A DNA stretch of 51,510 bases from positions 1,736,001-1,787,510 of the forward strand of contig NW_019028980.1 in NCBI RefSeq assembly GCF_002105155.1, read 5' to 3'. The stretch is from Lobosporangium transversale (taxonomy: Eukaryota). This document shows positions 21,198-34,055 of the stretch, piece after piece (the first letter of the stretch is position 1; each line of letters begins with the position of its first letter). The translations under genes were made by a program, and so were the position numbers. The notes under the pieces are model-generated. The model was given only the letters and a program-made list of their open reading frames with translations. It did no database searches and was not told where the DNA came from.

Positions 21198-23521
21198 AAC
21201 GCGTACATGTACCGTTCATTTTGTATTGTAAAACAAGAAGTCTTTGCTAGCTAATCAAACCATACAAAGAGAGATTCTCGAGTATTCATCCGGAAACTTT
21301 TATTGAGAGGGATTTTTTTTTTTTTACTTTTCTATCGTTTTGTGGAGGACTGAATCATGTGGGGTCTTGACTTGAATTTTATCGTCGGACTAGATATGTA
21401 ATGAAAGAGACTTTTTTGTGGAGAAATAATGGGCTCAAATAGGTTGAGGGTGAGGCCAGCACAGTCCAACATGAACGGAAGTTAGCTTGTTGCGTCCTAT
21501 AAAGTTCAATCGTAGTCTAGGAAAGGGAGTGCAAGGGGGAGGGAAGTACGTGTGGTATGTATTCTGAGTGTAGTATTCAAATGGCTCCAAATGTACTATG
21601 TAATAAAATACCGAATGTCCAAACTAGGATGTTTTTTTTTTTTGCGGAGCATGTGAATGTGTCTTTCTCTCCTCTCCCCACCGAATCGTTTCCATGTACT
21701 TTTATTGGCCTCTGTGATTCTCACCTATGCATAGATACTTTATAATATATACAATTCAAACAGAACTGAGGATCGCTGCTTGGCCTGCTCTCTAACAGAC
21801 AAAAAAAAAAAAAAAAGAAAAAAAACCATCAACGACAACAACAACAAAGTACTCCCGGGGCGCTCATTTGACCTATACTTTTCATGCTTTCAGGACCCAT
21901 CAATAACACCCTGCAGGAAAACTCTGGCACTAACTCAAGGATCCCTTACAATAGAACAAACAAAAGAGTTTATCGGTTGTTTATCGGCTGCCCATCAATC
22001 GATCTCTCCTTTCATCCTTTCCGCCTCAACTATGGTTATATGTTTGTATGTTGGTGAATAAAAGCAAGAATGCCTTATACACGTCAATACAGACATATAT
22101 ATATCTATATAATGATTATCATCTGTTTGTTTAGAAAGAATTCCAGAGGAAACAGAGCAAGGGAACATGTGCAGTCCTTTCAGCTGTTGTGGTTTCGCCC
22201 CTCTCCTCTGTCTCTCCTCAATCCAATTCTCGTATTCTTTTGCTAATATTTCTATTGTCATATGTCTCTTGTTGGATCTTAGTATCCATTCAACCGAATC
22301 ACATTCCCAAGTCTGGTTACTGCAACCTATCCTATGGCACATTTTTCATCACCATGAGGCTCATTGGCCATTGACATTTTTTTTTTTTTTTTTTTTTTTT
22401 TTTTCCGTTATTGTTCAGTAGCTCAGTAGCACATGTGCATGTGTACACTAGACCATCTGTGGGGAAGAAGAAAATGACACGACCCACGCAAACGTTCATG
22501 CGAAGAAAGACAGAAAAAAAAAAAAAAAAAAAAAAAAGCAAGAGAAGGAACCATTTGGCCTTTTTCCTTTTTTTTTTTTGTTTGCTTTTCGTACGCCGAA
22601 AACGAAGGCATCAAAAAAAAAAAACACAATTTCACACGCAAGTATTCGAGCTGACAGAAGGGGACCCAACGGGAAACAATAAATGCACGATGTGTGATAT
22701 CACATAGACTGCTGGGTTCTTTTTTTTTTTTTTTTTTTTACAAACAACCGATGAAAGAGTCAGAGAGGCTGTGGGAAGAAAAAAAAAAAAAAAAAAAAAA
22801 AAAGAAAAGGTAAAGGTAAAGGTATGGATGGATGCGGGCATCTGGTTGTAATCAATATCGCCCTTTTGTCCATGCCAACTTTAATACGTAGATGGTGATA
22901 TTTATTTTTATTACTATTGTTGCCGTTGTTGGTGATAATGGTGGATACATCTTGCTTGGCTGTTTTATTGTTGTCGGTTACTGAGGTCTTCGGTTTCCGG
23001 CCCGTCTTGTTTGGTTCGTTGTTCTTTATCTCCAAACCCCACAAATTTACCTTCCACTCTCACATCCTCCACCCTCTCTTTCTCTCTTTCTCTTTTGTCA
23101 AACAAAAAAAAGCTCACTCGACAATTAATCTATCCTTTTCTCTTTTCTCTTTCTCTTTCTTTCTATTTCCTAGCCTTCCCTTCCACCCCTTCTTTCACTC
23201 CTATTAATCTTAACCCCCCAACATTAGACAAACAAACACATTCTCTCCATTCATCCTCATCCATTCTTCTTCTCCTTCACAGAGTCGAACCATCACTCTA
23301 GTTCTTCCTCACTCTGACCTCTTCTCGTCACTCAATCACTTTTAACTTCAACAGATCAGCTCCCAAACAAGAATTAATATTTCTCGAGATACCTAACAAC
23401 ACAAATTTTAACTCTTCGATCTTTACCATCAATTATCTTTTTTTCCTGACAGTTACTTTCGCTACTTTTTTTTTTTTCTTCAACCACACCCGCTTTCAAT
23501 TCTCTTAAACTGACAACCAAT

Positions 23522-25965
23522 ATGCCACCAGCTCCTGCAAGGGATCAAGTTAAGGCGCAGCCGATGTCTATATCACAACTCTGCCAGCAATCCGAACCGG
23601 ATGACGACTTGAACCATGATGTCAAGCAGGACCTTGAAGAGGATCCCCTTGACCTCAATTCTAGTGATCATCCTCACAATGTCCATTACAACGGCTATAG
23701 CAACGGTAATGGTCATACCAATGGTCATATTAATGGCCATAGTCGCTATTCCTCTGATGAGTTTGAAGAGGTCGATGACATAACACGATCCAAGTTGGCA
23801 TATGATGACTGTGAGCGTGATGCTGATGAGCGGCTCGCAGCAGAGGTTCTTGAAGATATGGCCAATTCTGCTCGAACATCAACTTCAGCATCCGTTGGCC
23901 CAGATTCTTCTACAGCCCCTGCTACGCCATTCATCTCTAGGATGTCGAGTTTGCCTTTGGTAAACTCTGCACTTAAGGCTTACGAGTCAGGAAAGCAGAA
24001 CAGCAAGGTCATGAAGGTAAGAAGACCCAAAACATCGTCTTTATTCCATCTTATCTTCCAAACCTTCACATCCTATTTCATATTTCATATTTCCATTTTC
24101 ATTTTTCATTTTTCATTTTCATTTTTCATAATTCTCTTGGCAAAGAATGACAGAAAGGGAAGAGCCGATGGAATGAAAGTTTGTGTGTGCATATGATGAA
24201 TTGGCTGTATCGCCACAACAACGGATTGCCATTCGTTTTTTGGGGGGTGTGCCCAGAGCATGACATGCTCAGTTCACATTCACATATTACCCAAATGCTC
24301 ATATACACATGCGCAACTTATCCCTAAACACATGCTCAATTTTTGCCCTGAACCTGTTGCCCATGGCCTGGCGTGTTTGTGTGCTTTGGCCCTCCTCCTC
24401 ATTCTATTCTAATTTCACAACTTTGCCATGCCATCTATTGTCTTCATTTGCTCTCGGATTGTACATCAATCTATACATCGCACAATATCATCATTTTGTC
24501 ATACTATCACGCTACGCCCAACTTGCCCTAGGCGTGATGAACCCATGTTGATCCAAGCAGAGCCAAGCAAGTGTTTGGGAAGGGATCTCTAGCCTACTTA
24601 CCATGCATCTTCCATCTCACACTTCTCCACGTTGCTGTCACATTTCGTTATACCCTACCTGTTCTCTCATGCTCTCATATTTCTGTGGTATTATTCCGTG
24701 GGGTTGAAGCTGGACCTTTTTTTTTTTTTTTTTTTTTTGTTTTGATTTGAGAGCAATTCGCTGTAGCTGAATGACAGACATCTGAGATTGGAGATGGGGG
24801 AGCCAAATATCGTTATCTCTCAGTTGTATTGTGAATTTGTACCCTCCACTCTCCTGTCCATGTGTTGCTCTTCATTTAATTATTTGTTTGGAAATTGTTG
24901 CATGTCTGTGTTTATGTAGTGGAACAGGGCATGGACATGTGTTTGATGTGTGTCGCCTTTCCCCAAATAGCCCCAATGACAACCTCTAATAGCTAATCAT
25001 CCTTAATTATGCTCTCATACTAATTTAATGTTTGAATGTTTGCCTACTTGATCGTTTTCATCAACATAGTATGGTGCAGAGATGGTTGAATCCGGTGTAA
25101 AGACGCTTTCTAAACCTGTATTTGATAAACTGGAACCCAAGCTTGGTCAACTTGACGATTTCGCTTGCCGTCAATTGGATAGGGTATGATACTAGCCAAT
25201 GCTTATATTCTCCTCTCGTCATTTTATTTTTATTTTTATTTTTTTTTATTTTTTTTTTTAATCCTAACTGAATTTGGGTTGATGATGTCAAGAGCTTCTA
25301 TCCCCCCACTCCCATTTCCAACTATTATTCCATTCAGATCAGCGGATCCATGATGAATACATGGTATCATTTGATCCTTGTAGCTTGTATTAGACATACT
25401 TCACTGTGTCCCTACCCCTTTCATCTATTCTGCCCTTTCATCCCTTTGTTGTGCAGTGTGTACTACACAAGTGTGGCTTCATGATTCGAACTCAATCTAA
25501 TGCCAAGTTACCTTTGGATATTTAATTGTGTAAAATTCAGGTCTATCCAAACAAGCCAGAAGTGCAAGTGCTTCCTTCGCCAACAAACTCCGCTCGATCA
25601 TCGATATCATCTGGCGATAATTCTCGCCTTGAGAATGGACATAATGGTCCATCTAATGGACCCGAGCCTTATCTCGCATATCGATCACGAGGCGACAGCA
25701 TTGATAGCAGCACCTCGTCCACCAGCTCAAGACCCAGCTTCGATGTTTTGCGCTCTCGAAGTACTAGACACGAAGAAGGTATGAATTGAGTTTGGCTTGT
25801 TCTTTGTACTGTTTATCATGACTATCTTGATGCAGGTTTTAAAAGTCTAACTCCATTGGACTTTGGTTCTTGTTTATCTTAGTCACTCTGAGACAACGAT
25901 CAGATTCACAATCTAGCCAGAGAAGCTTCCAATACTCTGGAGCAGCAACCAATGGGTACTATCCC

Positions 25966-26000
<35 letters not shown>

Positions 26001-27285
26001 ACAAGTCGCCACTATGTCTGCCCCGTCACAACAATTTTCAGGCTGGAGAGGTGTTGTGGCCACTGTTGGTTCTGCCTCGGCTGCGGGTGTAGCTATATTT
26101 AGTGAAGAGAGCATGAAGAGCTTAAAATACTGCTTGCAGTGGTTACAGGTATTTTTCTTTTCTGTTTCTTCAAAGTATCCAAGCATCCAAGCATGATACA
26201 GAGTTGATAGCCATGAAACTTCGACGCTAACTTGAGCTCCGTACGATCTTTTTTGTTTACTTTTAAAGTATGCGGTTCATCATATTGATCATCAGATCGG
26301 TCTTCTGAGAGCGTTCTTGGTGTCCCTTGCCAGTCCATCTCAAAGCACAGCTATGGTTCCATCCAATGCTGCGTCGACATTAGCTTCGATCAAGAAGGAG
26401 GTAGTTGATACACTCCGCAAGGTCATCAATGTTGTTTCGCGTTACGCTGGCGCCTGTTTACCAGACCAAGCCAAGATCAGCGTCCGTCAATTCATTCTCT
26501 CTATGCCCGGTCGCTGGGCCTCGATCAACAATGAGTCAGTCCCATCCACACCTGTTGGATCTCCTTCATTACGACCTCAGTCTGACCGCAGTCCTGAACA
26601 AGTTGCGGCTTTGAATGAGACATCTGAGCGCGCCACCAAAGTCTTGGTTCTTGCTCATGAGTCGTCTGACATGCTCAAGTCTGTGGCGTCCATCTTCAAA
26701 GATTCTGTAGATAAGGCCGAGAATTGGATGGACAAGCTTCGTTATGTTGGAATGAACCCTCAGCACAACAGTGATGGTCTTCCAAGCTGGGCTCCCACAG
26801 GATTCCCTGGTCAAACTAATAATGGGGCGATGCCAGGATGCTTCCCTGGTCCTGAAAATGGAAGTGGATCCAGTGCTGGGCTTGCACAGTATTCTCTGCG
26901 CCAGACACAACATCCAAACACTAATGGTAACGGCCATGCTCACTCTTCGGGATTGGGATCGCCCACGCGAAGCCTAAAGACTTCACCGCGGATGAATAGT
27001 CGCGAGAATCTTAATCATCGTCACGCTTACCGTCAGAAAAGCACCATGTCAGGAGATGAAGATTCTGGAAGCGAAGACGATAATGTCCCAGTAGCCATGG
27101 ATGATAGCGATGATGAAGCGACTCGCAGCCATGCGCCTTTGAAGCGTAGCATGGGGTCTGCGATCTATACCCAAGAAAGCGCCGTTCGCCGCCGCAAGAA
27201 GAGAGGCGAGAGTGCTGAAGAGGTCGCTGGACTAGGACAGAGCAATGGAATGGAAACTCAAGAAATTAAGCAGGAGTCCAACTAA
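23522..27285 (+). CDS. OPI1: Opi1-family transcriptional repressor, 5 exons, ~709 aa
   Basis: Exons 23522-24016, 25070-25183, 25541-25778, 25883-26148 and 26269-27285 (2130 nt, in frame). Opi1 motifs PLVNSALKAYE..K..S.VMKYGAEMVES, DFACRQLDR, SEESMKSLKYCLQWL, IKKEVVDTLRKVINVVSRYAGACLP and KVLVLAHES; polyQ tract. Confidence 0.9.
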
Positions 27286-27713
27286 GCGCCCTCTATTTAT
27301 CTTGACCCTCTTCCAGCAAACGACTCTAGGGTCTTGCTTGGCAACAAAAATATCCCATCACCATCATTAATGTCACTTTTTACTCATCCAAAAAATTAAT
27401 CAAACTTTCGAATGGTGGATGGAATGAATGTGACGGATGAAACTATCAAGGTCATATTGTGCATCTTTCCTCCTTTCCCTTTCTCTGCTCTTTTTGCCCC
27501 TTTCTGCCCTTTCTGCCTTATCCTTGGAGCTGGCTCATTACTTTATATTTTCTTTAGTTTTGATATTATGACTCTTGTATTCTAGTCCAAATTTTTGATG
27601 TACTCTATTGTTCATAGCCCTATTTCTTTATTTATCGAGCAAACTATGTTTTTTGAAGAATCCAAATAAATAAATAAAAAAAGATGTTTTGATTGATGGT
27701 AAATCCGTTGTGA

Positions 27714-29744
27714 TTAATCAGTGGTGGCAGTGCGCTGAAGAATTTCATCCAGTTCATCACCCCAGGTCTCTATGCATCGTTTTGCGTTTAAATTCAGGGC
27801 TACGATTTTGGCTGTATTCGAGTCAGTCTTGTTCATGGACAACATTGGCAAAGCGTTGGGCCCAGTCTTGGACGCCAACAGTGTAGGTGGGGCGCCGCAG
27901 AGCATCTCGGAGGCCATCATGACGGTGGCGATGGCCTTATCCAGGTTCCAAGACCAGTGCCGTTGGTCCGCAAGGGGTACATTTTCGTCCTGGATGACAA
28001 TCTGATTCATATCGTTCAAAGTCTGGGTCGCAAGGGTGTGAGAAAGGATCAATATTTTGGTGTGATGAACCCAATGAGCGATCCAGCGAGACCATTCTTG
28101 ACGCATGAGTAGTTTGTCAGCAGAGAGAAAGACTTTGCGAGGTGTTGTTGTTGATGCATTAGGTGTGTGTATAATATCACGCTTACGATGGGTGGACTTG
28201 CCTTTGCTTTTTCTTTTTCTATTGTCTTTGGGTTGTTTACTCTTCTTATCAGAGTATGTTGTGCCAGCTCCAGATTGGGGGAAAGAAGCGATGTCATCCT
28301 CATGGTCCTCATCATCATCGTCATCATCCTCATAGGTCAGACTTGCGATATGGAAGCCCTGGGTATCACCCTCGTCTTCCTCGTCGTAATTGTCTCCAGC
28401 AAGGAAGGCGCCTACGGAATCGGCACTGACTTGTCTCGCCTCGTTTTGGCCGCCGTCTAATCCTGATCCTGATCCTGATCCTGATTCTAATTCTGCTTCT
28501 GATTCCGAAGTAGAAGAGGAGGTTGTGGCAGCTTTGAGAGGTGTGGTACCAGGTGTTTTACCTCTCGAGCCTTTGCGTCTGTTCCGACCCATTACCCAAT
28601 CATTCAGATCCTTCACTATACGGTTTTCCAGGTCTTGAACCAGTTCTTCCTGTGCAACTATAAGCTTATCCTTTGTCTGAGGAGCTGTGGAGGCCATCAT
28701 GTAGATAAGTAAATCTCGATTTCGAAGATGATTCATGACATGGTGAATCTGAACAGCAAGTTTAGAAAGGATAGCATCTCGAAGACTAGGGAGGCAGGTT
28801 TCAGAGGAACAGAGTAAGATAGGGCCATTACCACCAGTGCTTCCCAAGTTGTTATTGTCGCTGTTGGAATTGAGGGTATTCTTTTCCTTATTATTCTTGT
28901 TAGGATTATTGTTTCCATCATTAGCGTCGTTGTCATCATCTATAGTGTCATCATCCATATCCAAAGGGAAATGATCGTCTTTATCTGGATCATTGTCTTC
29001 GTAGCCGTCGTCATTGATTTTTTGCTTTTTGTTATCGTTACCATTGCCTCCTTCATCGACGCTGGAAGATTTTATGGTTTGCTTTTTGCGGTGGCGAACA
29101 AGAGACATGACTTCAAGAGCGGCAGCATTATTATTGCCATTGTTATCCCCGACGATGCTAGTGTCGGCTTCGTCCACAAGAGGCCTCTTGAGTGGATGAG
29201 GGGGTTCCAAGCTTATGCCAAGGGACTTGATGGTATTCATGAGAGGTTCGAGAATCCTAGAAGTCTGGTCCATTACTTTTTCTGTAATATCCTTGATATC
29301 ATCTAAAATCTCATCTGTCAGGTCAGTTTCAATTTTGAATAGCCCATCCCTTTCATCTCTATCCTCATCACTGTCGCTGCCACTGCCATCATATCCATCA
29401 CTATATATGCCGCCATCGCTCTCGTTGTGGTTGTGGTTATTGTTGCAAGCCCTTTTCGCATCGGGTTTATTATCTTGTTCAAATTCTTCTCCATCTTCTG
29501 TCATAGCCACTAAAATTTCGATTTCACCCAATGATAAGGGTCCGCTGTTCTCGTCCTTGCCTTTAATAACGGTCTTGGCATCATTTCCGCCTTGTTTCAA
29601 GATCGGGTCTGGGGCAGTTACTGCTCCTTCCTTGGAAAAGAATCCTTCATCCTCGACATTAATGACTCTTTCGAAAGGGAGCCTTGGCCAAGAAGGGAAT
29701 GAAAGGATGTTGCTAATCCATATGGTATCCCCAACTATAGTAGT

Positions 29745-29776
<32 letters not shown>

Positions 29777-30104
29777 GCCGTCGCTGCTGCTGTTGTTGAT
29801 AATCAAGTGCTTGAATACGTGGAGGGAGCTGAAATATATCTGGTCCAAAGAGAAGATAGACACTTGTAGAAACGAGAACACCAATAGACACGGAAAGACT
29901 GAGAAACGCCCAGGATTTACGACTTGAAGGAAAAGTAGCATTAGTAGATCCTGAGGATGAGGATGAGGATGATGATGATGTTGCAAAAACTGTTTGTGAA
30001 GGTGATTTGGGTTCTTGGAGAGTACCGGCCTCCAGGTCGAAGCCTGGAACCAGGTAATAAGGCGAGGATGTGGGATGCATTGTTTGTCGGACGTGTTTAA
30101 ACAT
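27714..30104 (-). CDS. Uncharacterised single-pass membrane protein, ~796 aa, with polyQ and acidic/Asn-rich low-complexity regions
   Basis: 2.4-kb uninterrupted ORF with one N-terminal hydrophobic segment (WAFLSLSVSIGVLVSTSVYLLFG). Ordered-looking C-terminal region rich in Trp, His and Cys. No family recognised. Confidence 0.8.
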
Positions 30105-30522
30105 AAAAATAGATAAATCGATAAATAAAAAGAAAAGGCTTTATAAATAATGTTAAAAAAGACCTTGGGCTTGTCCAAAACGCGCCTATTTTAGTCGAGT
30201 GTGTATCGGAATAGATCGACGAGAACAGGGTCTTATTATCCTAGGCTTTTTTTTTTTTTTTTTTTTTTTTTTTCTCTTCTTTAATCAACACGTCAAGAAT
30301 CTAGGGTGAACCGAGCGTAATTATAACTGGACCGTTATTCCTTATCCATCTTCATTTATTAACAATTCTTAAACTGGGTATTTATTTTTATCGTTGGATG
30401 GGAAGAGACAATTCTTAGTGAAGTAACAGCTTCTTTTTCACTATTTTCTTTTATTCTAAATAGTCTACACTTAGAGGAAGAAAAAAAGGACACAGAAAAA
30501 ATAATAATAGTAGTAATAATAA

Positions 30523-30770
30523 CTAATTCTTCTTCTTGGATGAGGATGTTGTGGCGGCAGACGCACCCGCACCCGCACCATCAATTTTACCAACTATGGT
30601 TACGGTCGGTAACCACCCACCGGCTTTCATTTCAATTTTTGGCTTCCAACCTTGAACAATCAACCCATCCAACATGATGACAGTAGAGAGGAGATACAGG
30701 CCTATACTGACAAATGTATGCCACCATGCATGAAGGTATAGATCCTTAACAATCCATTCTTTGGTCGATA

Positions 30771-30810
<40 letters not shown>

Positions 30811-31696
30811 CGTTGTTGACGTTGATGTTGGAAATGACCATGGCCATGGCCACCATGCCAACAAGGATGTTTCGCAGAAATTCAAATCTGTCATCCAAAC
30901 AGCCACAGCCACGGCATAGAATGCGATTCCAATCTCGAAGGTTCGTTTCACATCTGGATATTCTTGTTTACGGACACTGTAAACTTTGTAGATCAAAAAC
31001 AAGGCAGCAAACTCCAGGGATCCGAATGTGGTATGGAATACAAAAAACTGGGTCTTTCCTGATGTGAAGGCCACTAAAAAAGTCACCAGGATCCCATGAG
31101 CGGTCAAAAGGAGAGGAAACCATTTGGGTTGTGGACCTAATCTGGATTCGATGAGACAGTAAAATAGAGCCAGGACAGAATAGAGCATTGGAAGTTCATC
31201 CAACATCTGCATCTTGTGGAGGAGAGTGGCGTGGAAGAGGAAGGAGCCGATGCCCACTACTGTGATGGTACGGAAGGCTAATTTGAAACGGAAGAGACTT
31301 GGGGCTGAGTTTACGTTTGAGGTGGAGGAGGAGGAGGAGGAGGATGAAGATGAAGATGTTTGGGGGTTGTAGATCATAGATGACTCGAGACGGTTGATGG
31401 AGTAATAGGCAGCTTCGCCGAGCAGGATCATGGCAAAAGACGAAAACGAGTTGAAAAACTCTGCGATGTAGTACGAAATCACGTAGTTGTCTATAGTAAT
31501 AATAGTAGTAAAAACCAATCAATTAGACGCGTAAAACAAATGAACGTGTTGACAGGTCTTATGAACGTCTTGAGCACTTTGGACATGTTTGAAAAACATT
31601 ACTAGTTCAAATATTGTTTTTCTTTCCTGTACCTTCGCACCAGTCAATGGAGGATGTGGGTGGTCCCCAGTGACCAATGTGATTGTTCTTTCCCAT
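30523..31696 (-). CDS. Alkaline ceramidase (ACER3/Ypc1-like, CREST superfamily), ~343 aa
   Basis: Exons 31696-31633 and 31490-30523 (1032 nt). [35 protein letters not shown] (SxxxH), QMLDELPM and LHAWWH (HxxxH); several TM segments and two polySer loop inserts. Confidence 0.95.
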
Positions 31697-32260
31697 GAGA
31701 GTGATGATGAGAGGATGCTTTGCAAATGAATGTTTTGATTAATTCAGAAATGGTAAAGAGAATCGTATTTTTAAACAGGTTTCTGTGACAGTTCAAGACA
31801 ATAAGTCCGAGCGACTTTTTATTTTGGGCGCTGCTTTTCCCTGTCAAATTAAGGCGACAAAGAATGACCTCTGAAAGGGTCTTCCGACTCTCTAGAACCC
31901 TATTTTAGCAGTCTCCACTGTCAACTCTCTGTAGGGTGGATGCCTGTGACTCAACATGCAAATGGGCTCATTTGTGCTCCTCAACTTCTCCAATCCTTGC
32001 GTTTTCACTTTTTCTTTCCTTACTTCCCTCCTACCCACATCAGATAATACACTCTTGAAAACAACAGTATGTAAAAGTACTCACTGAACCTAAAAATCCA
32101 ATTCATCACAATAATGTAGGCTCGACCCAGCCCTCTCTATCTTGAAGTGGCCTTTTATGATCATCTAAGATTAGGAAAGACACAACAAAATAAAAAAAAA
32201 GGGAAAAATAAAAAACAAAAAAATAAAAAAAAAATAAAATAAAAAAAAGAAAAAAAAAAA

Positions 32261-32562
32261 AAAAAAGAAAATATAAAAAGTATAAGAAAAGAAACATAAC
32301 AAAAAAAAAAAAAAAGGACAACAATGCCTATCATCAATGATCAGAATCGAAATCTCATATAATCCCACCTTCTGCCATTTCAGCGTTCATTAAGCATCCC
32401 TTGGAAGCCCCTGGACGAAAAATGAATAAATACCCATGGGCATGGTATGTCAAACCCACATCTTACCTTCACTTACTTCCCTATCCCCTAATTTCCTCAG
32501 CAAAAGCTCTTCACTTCTTCCAAATCCTCACTTGATATCTATCTCAAGTCTCAATCTCAGGT
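32261..32562 (+). repeat. Left terminal inverted repeat of the AcademH-like element
   Basis: Reverse complement of 41732-42038 with few substitutions and one small indel. Confidence 0.93.
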
Positions 32563-32832
32563 TAATATTTACATTGATTGAAGGAATATCAGGCGAACTG
32601 TTCCACATATATACCTTGTTCAGATAGGGCATAGACAAAGCGTTCATGTTCGGTCATTTGATCCTTCTATGGCCAACCTATTTTATGAGAAGTGAATGGG
32701 AAACGTTCATCTCTTTACACTCCCGTTCTGTTGCCTATAATTGATCAAATTGCTAACTTGCATGTGGTTAATTTGCCACAATGATCGGTTCCTCCTTTCT
32801 CGCTGTACTTTCCATATAGAAATCCTTTTAAA

Positions 32833-34055
32833 ATGGAGATTCCAATGGATGCTTCAAAGAAGTGCAGCGAAGTGTTTGGGTTCGAACCGAAGGAGAAGCA
32901 ATTGATGGTTATCGACTGTAATGCCAAAAGAAAGGACTGTATCCTTATTGCCCCATGCGGATGGGGTAAAACGCTTGTATATTTCCTTCCTCTTGTCCTC
33001 TGGCCAAATAGGATTATCCTTATAATAAGCCCTTTGAAGGCGCTCATGTGGGAACAGTCGAATAAGCTCGCTGAAAAAAACATCGAAAGTATAGCGCTAT
33101 CCTCCGACAACGATATTTTAAACAACAAGGAGCTTTTGATCGAGGAGCTTTCAATTGGTTCTTACAGGGCTGTGTTCGTCACCCCTGAACTTCTGTTTAA
33201 CAGTAAATGTTTAAACGTACTTTGGAGGAAGGATGAATGGAAGCAGCGCCTTCTGGCCGTGATTGTAGACGAGGCCCATTGTGTGAGTACTTGGGGCGGC
33301 AACTTCAGGGAAGCATACTCACAAATTTTCAGGCTTCGACTTTTGACCCAGAATACACCCTTCATCGCCATTTTCAGCTACACTTCCAACTGCTGTTCAA
33401 ACTGAGGTCATTAAAGGGGTAGGAGTAGGACTGAGGCAACCTACGGTCATAAATGTTGGAAATGATCGCCCCAACATCAGGTTCGAACTGAAGGAATTGT
33501 TACGTACCGAGGCTTGGGAGTGCACCTCAGGTGCACTTCCATTTTTATTCATAAGGTCAGAATATCATGTGACGGTCATAGAGAGTCCTTGATAAAAGGC
33601 TCTCGTTTGACAACAATAATAAAAACAACTTTTGATCTCCTTGACTTCTAATATCTGAAAAACATCTCAGGAATACAGGACAAAAGCCAACCGCAGCAGG
33701 ACTGGCTACCCAGCTTTCGACTTCCTCTTGGATTTCAAAAAGACTATTGTTTATTTTGATACCAAGGATGAATTGATGAGTGTTTGCAAGTATCTGATGA
33801 GAAAAGCCGCTGAGAGATGTTTTTCATGCTCACTTGTCCGAAAAGGGCAAAATTCACCATATGGAACGATTCGAACAAGGTGATACCTTGATACTTCTAT
33901 CAACAGAGGCGGCAGGAATGGGGTGCAATATAAGGGATATTGATCGCGTTGTTCAAGTCGGTATGCCTGAGTCCATAACGTCACTTGTTCGGCGGCTCGG
34001 GCGCGTAGCTCGCGATCCATGTCGGAAGGGGACCGGTATTGTCTTGATAAACTGA
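32833..34055 (+). pseudogene. RecQ-like SF2 helicase of the transposon, frameshifted
   Basis: Motif I APCGWGKT, Ia ISPLKALM, II VDEAHCV..WG..FR. Motif III (SAT) is shifted out of frame at ~33373. Then NDRPNI, IV KTIVYF, V STEAAGMGCNI and VI RRLGRVAR in changing frames. Confidence 0.88.

Noticed and set aside
20576..23301. Many short ORFs with poly-Phe/poly-Lys (also 48.6-51.1 kb) and antisense ORFs over real genes
   Set aside because: By-products of homopolymer and microsatellite tracts or shadow frames; no coding signal.
23750..23780. SDEFEEVDD as the Opi1 FFAT motif
   Set aside because: Poor match to EFFDAxE, and it lies N-terminal of the usual position.
24190..25365. C/D-box snoRNAs in Opi1 introns (ATGATGA motifs)
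   Set aside because: No suitably spaced D box, terminal stem or recognisable guide sequence.
23522..31696. Opi1 and ceramidase as a lipid gene cluster
   Set aside because: Different pathways, an unrelated gene between them and no shared regulatory motif seen; chance adjacency is sufficient.
32833..34055. Host SGS1/RecQ gene or telomere-linked helicase
   Set aside because: Minimal helicase core only, frameshifted, enclosed by TIRs with a transposase, and no telomeric repeats nearby.
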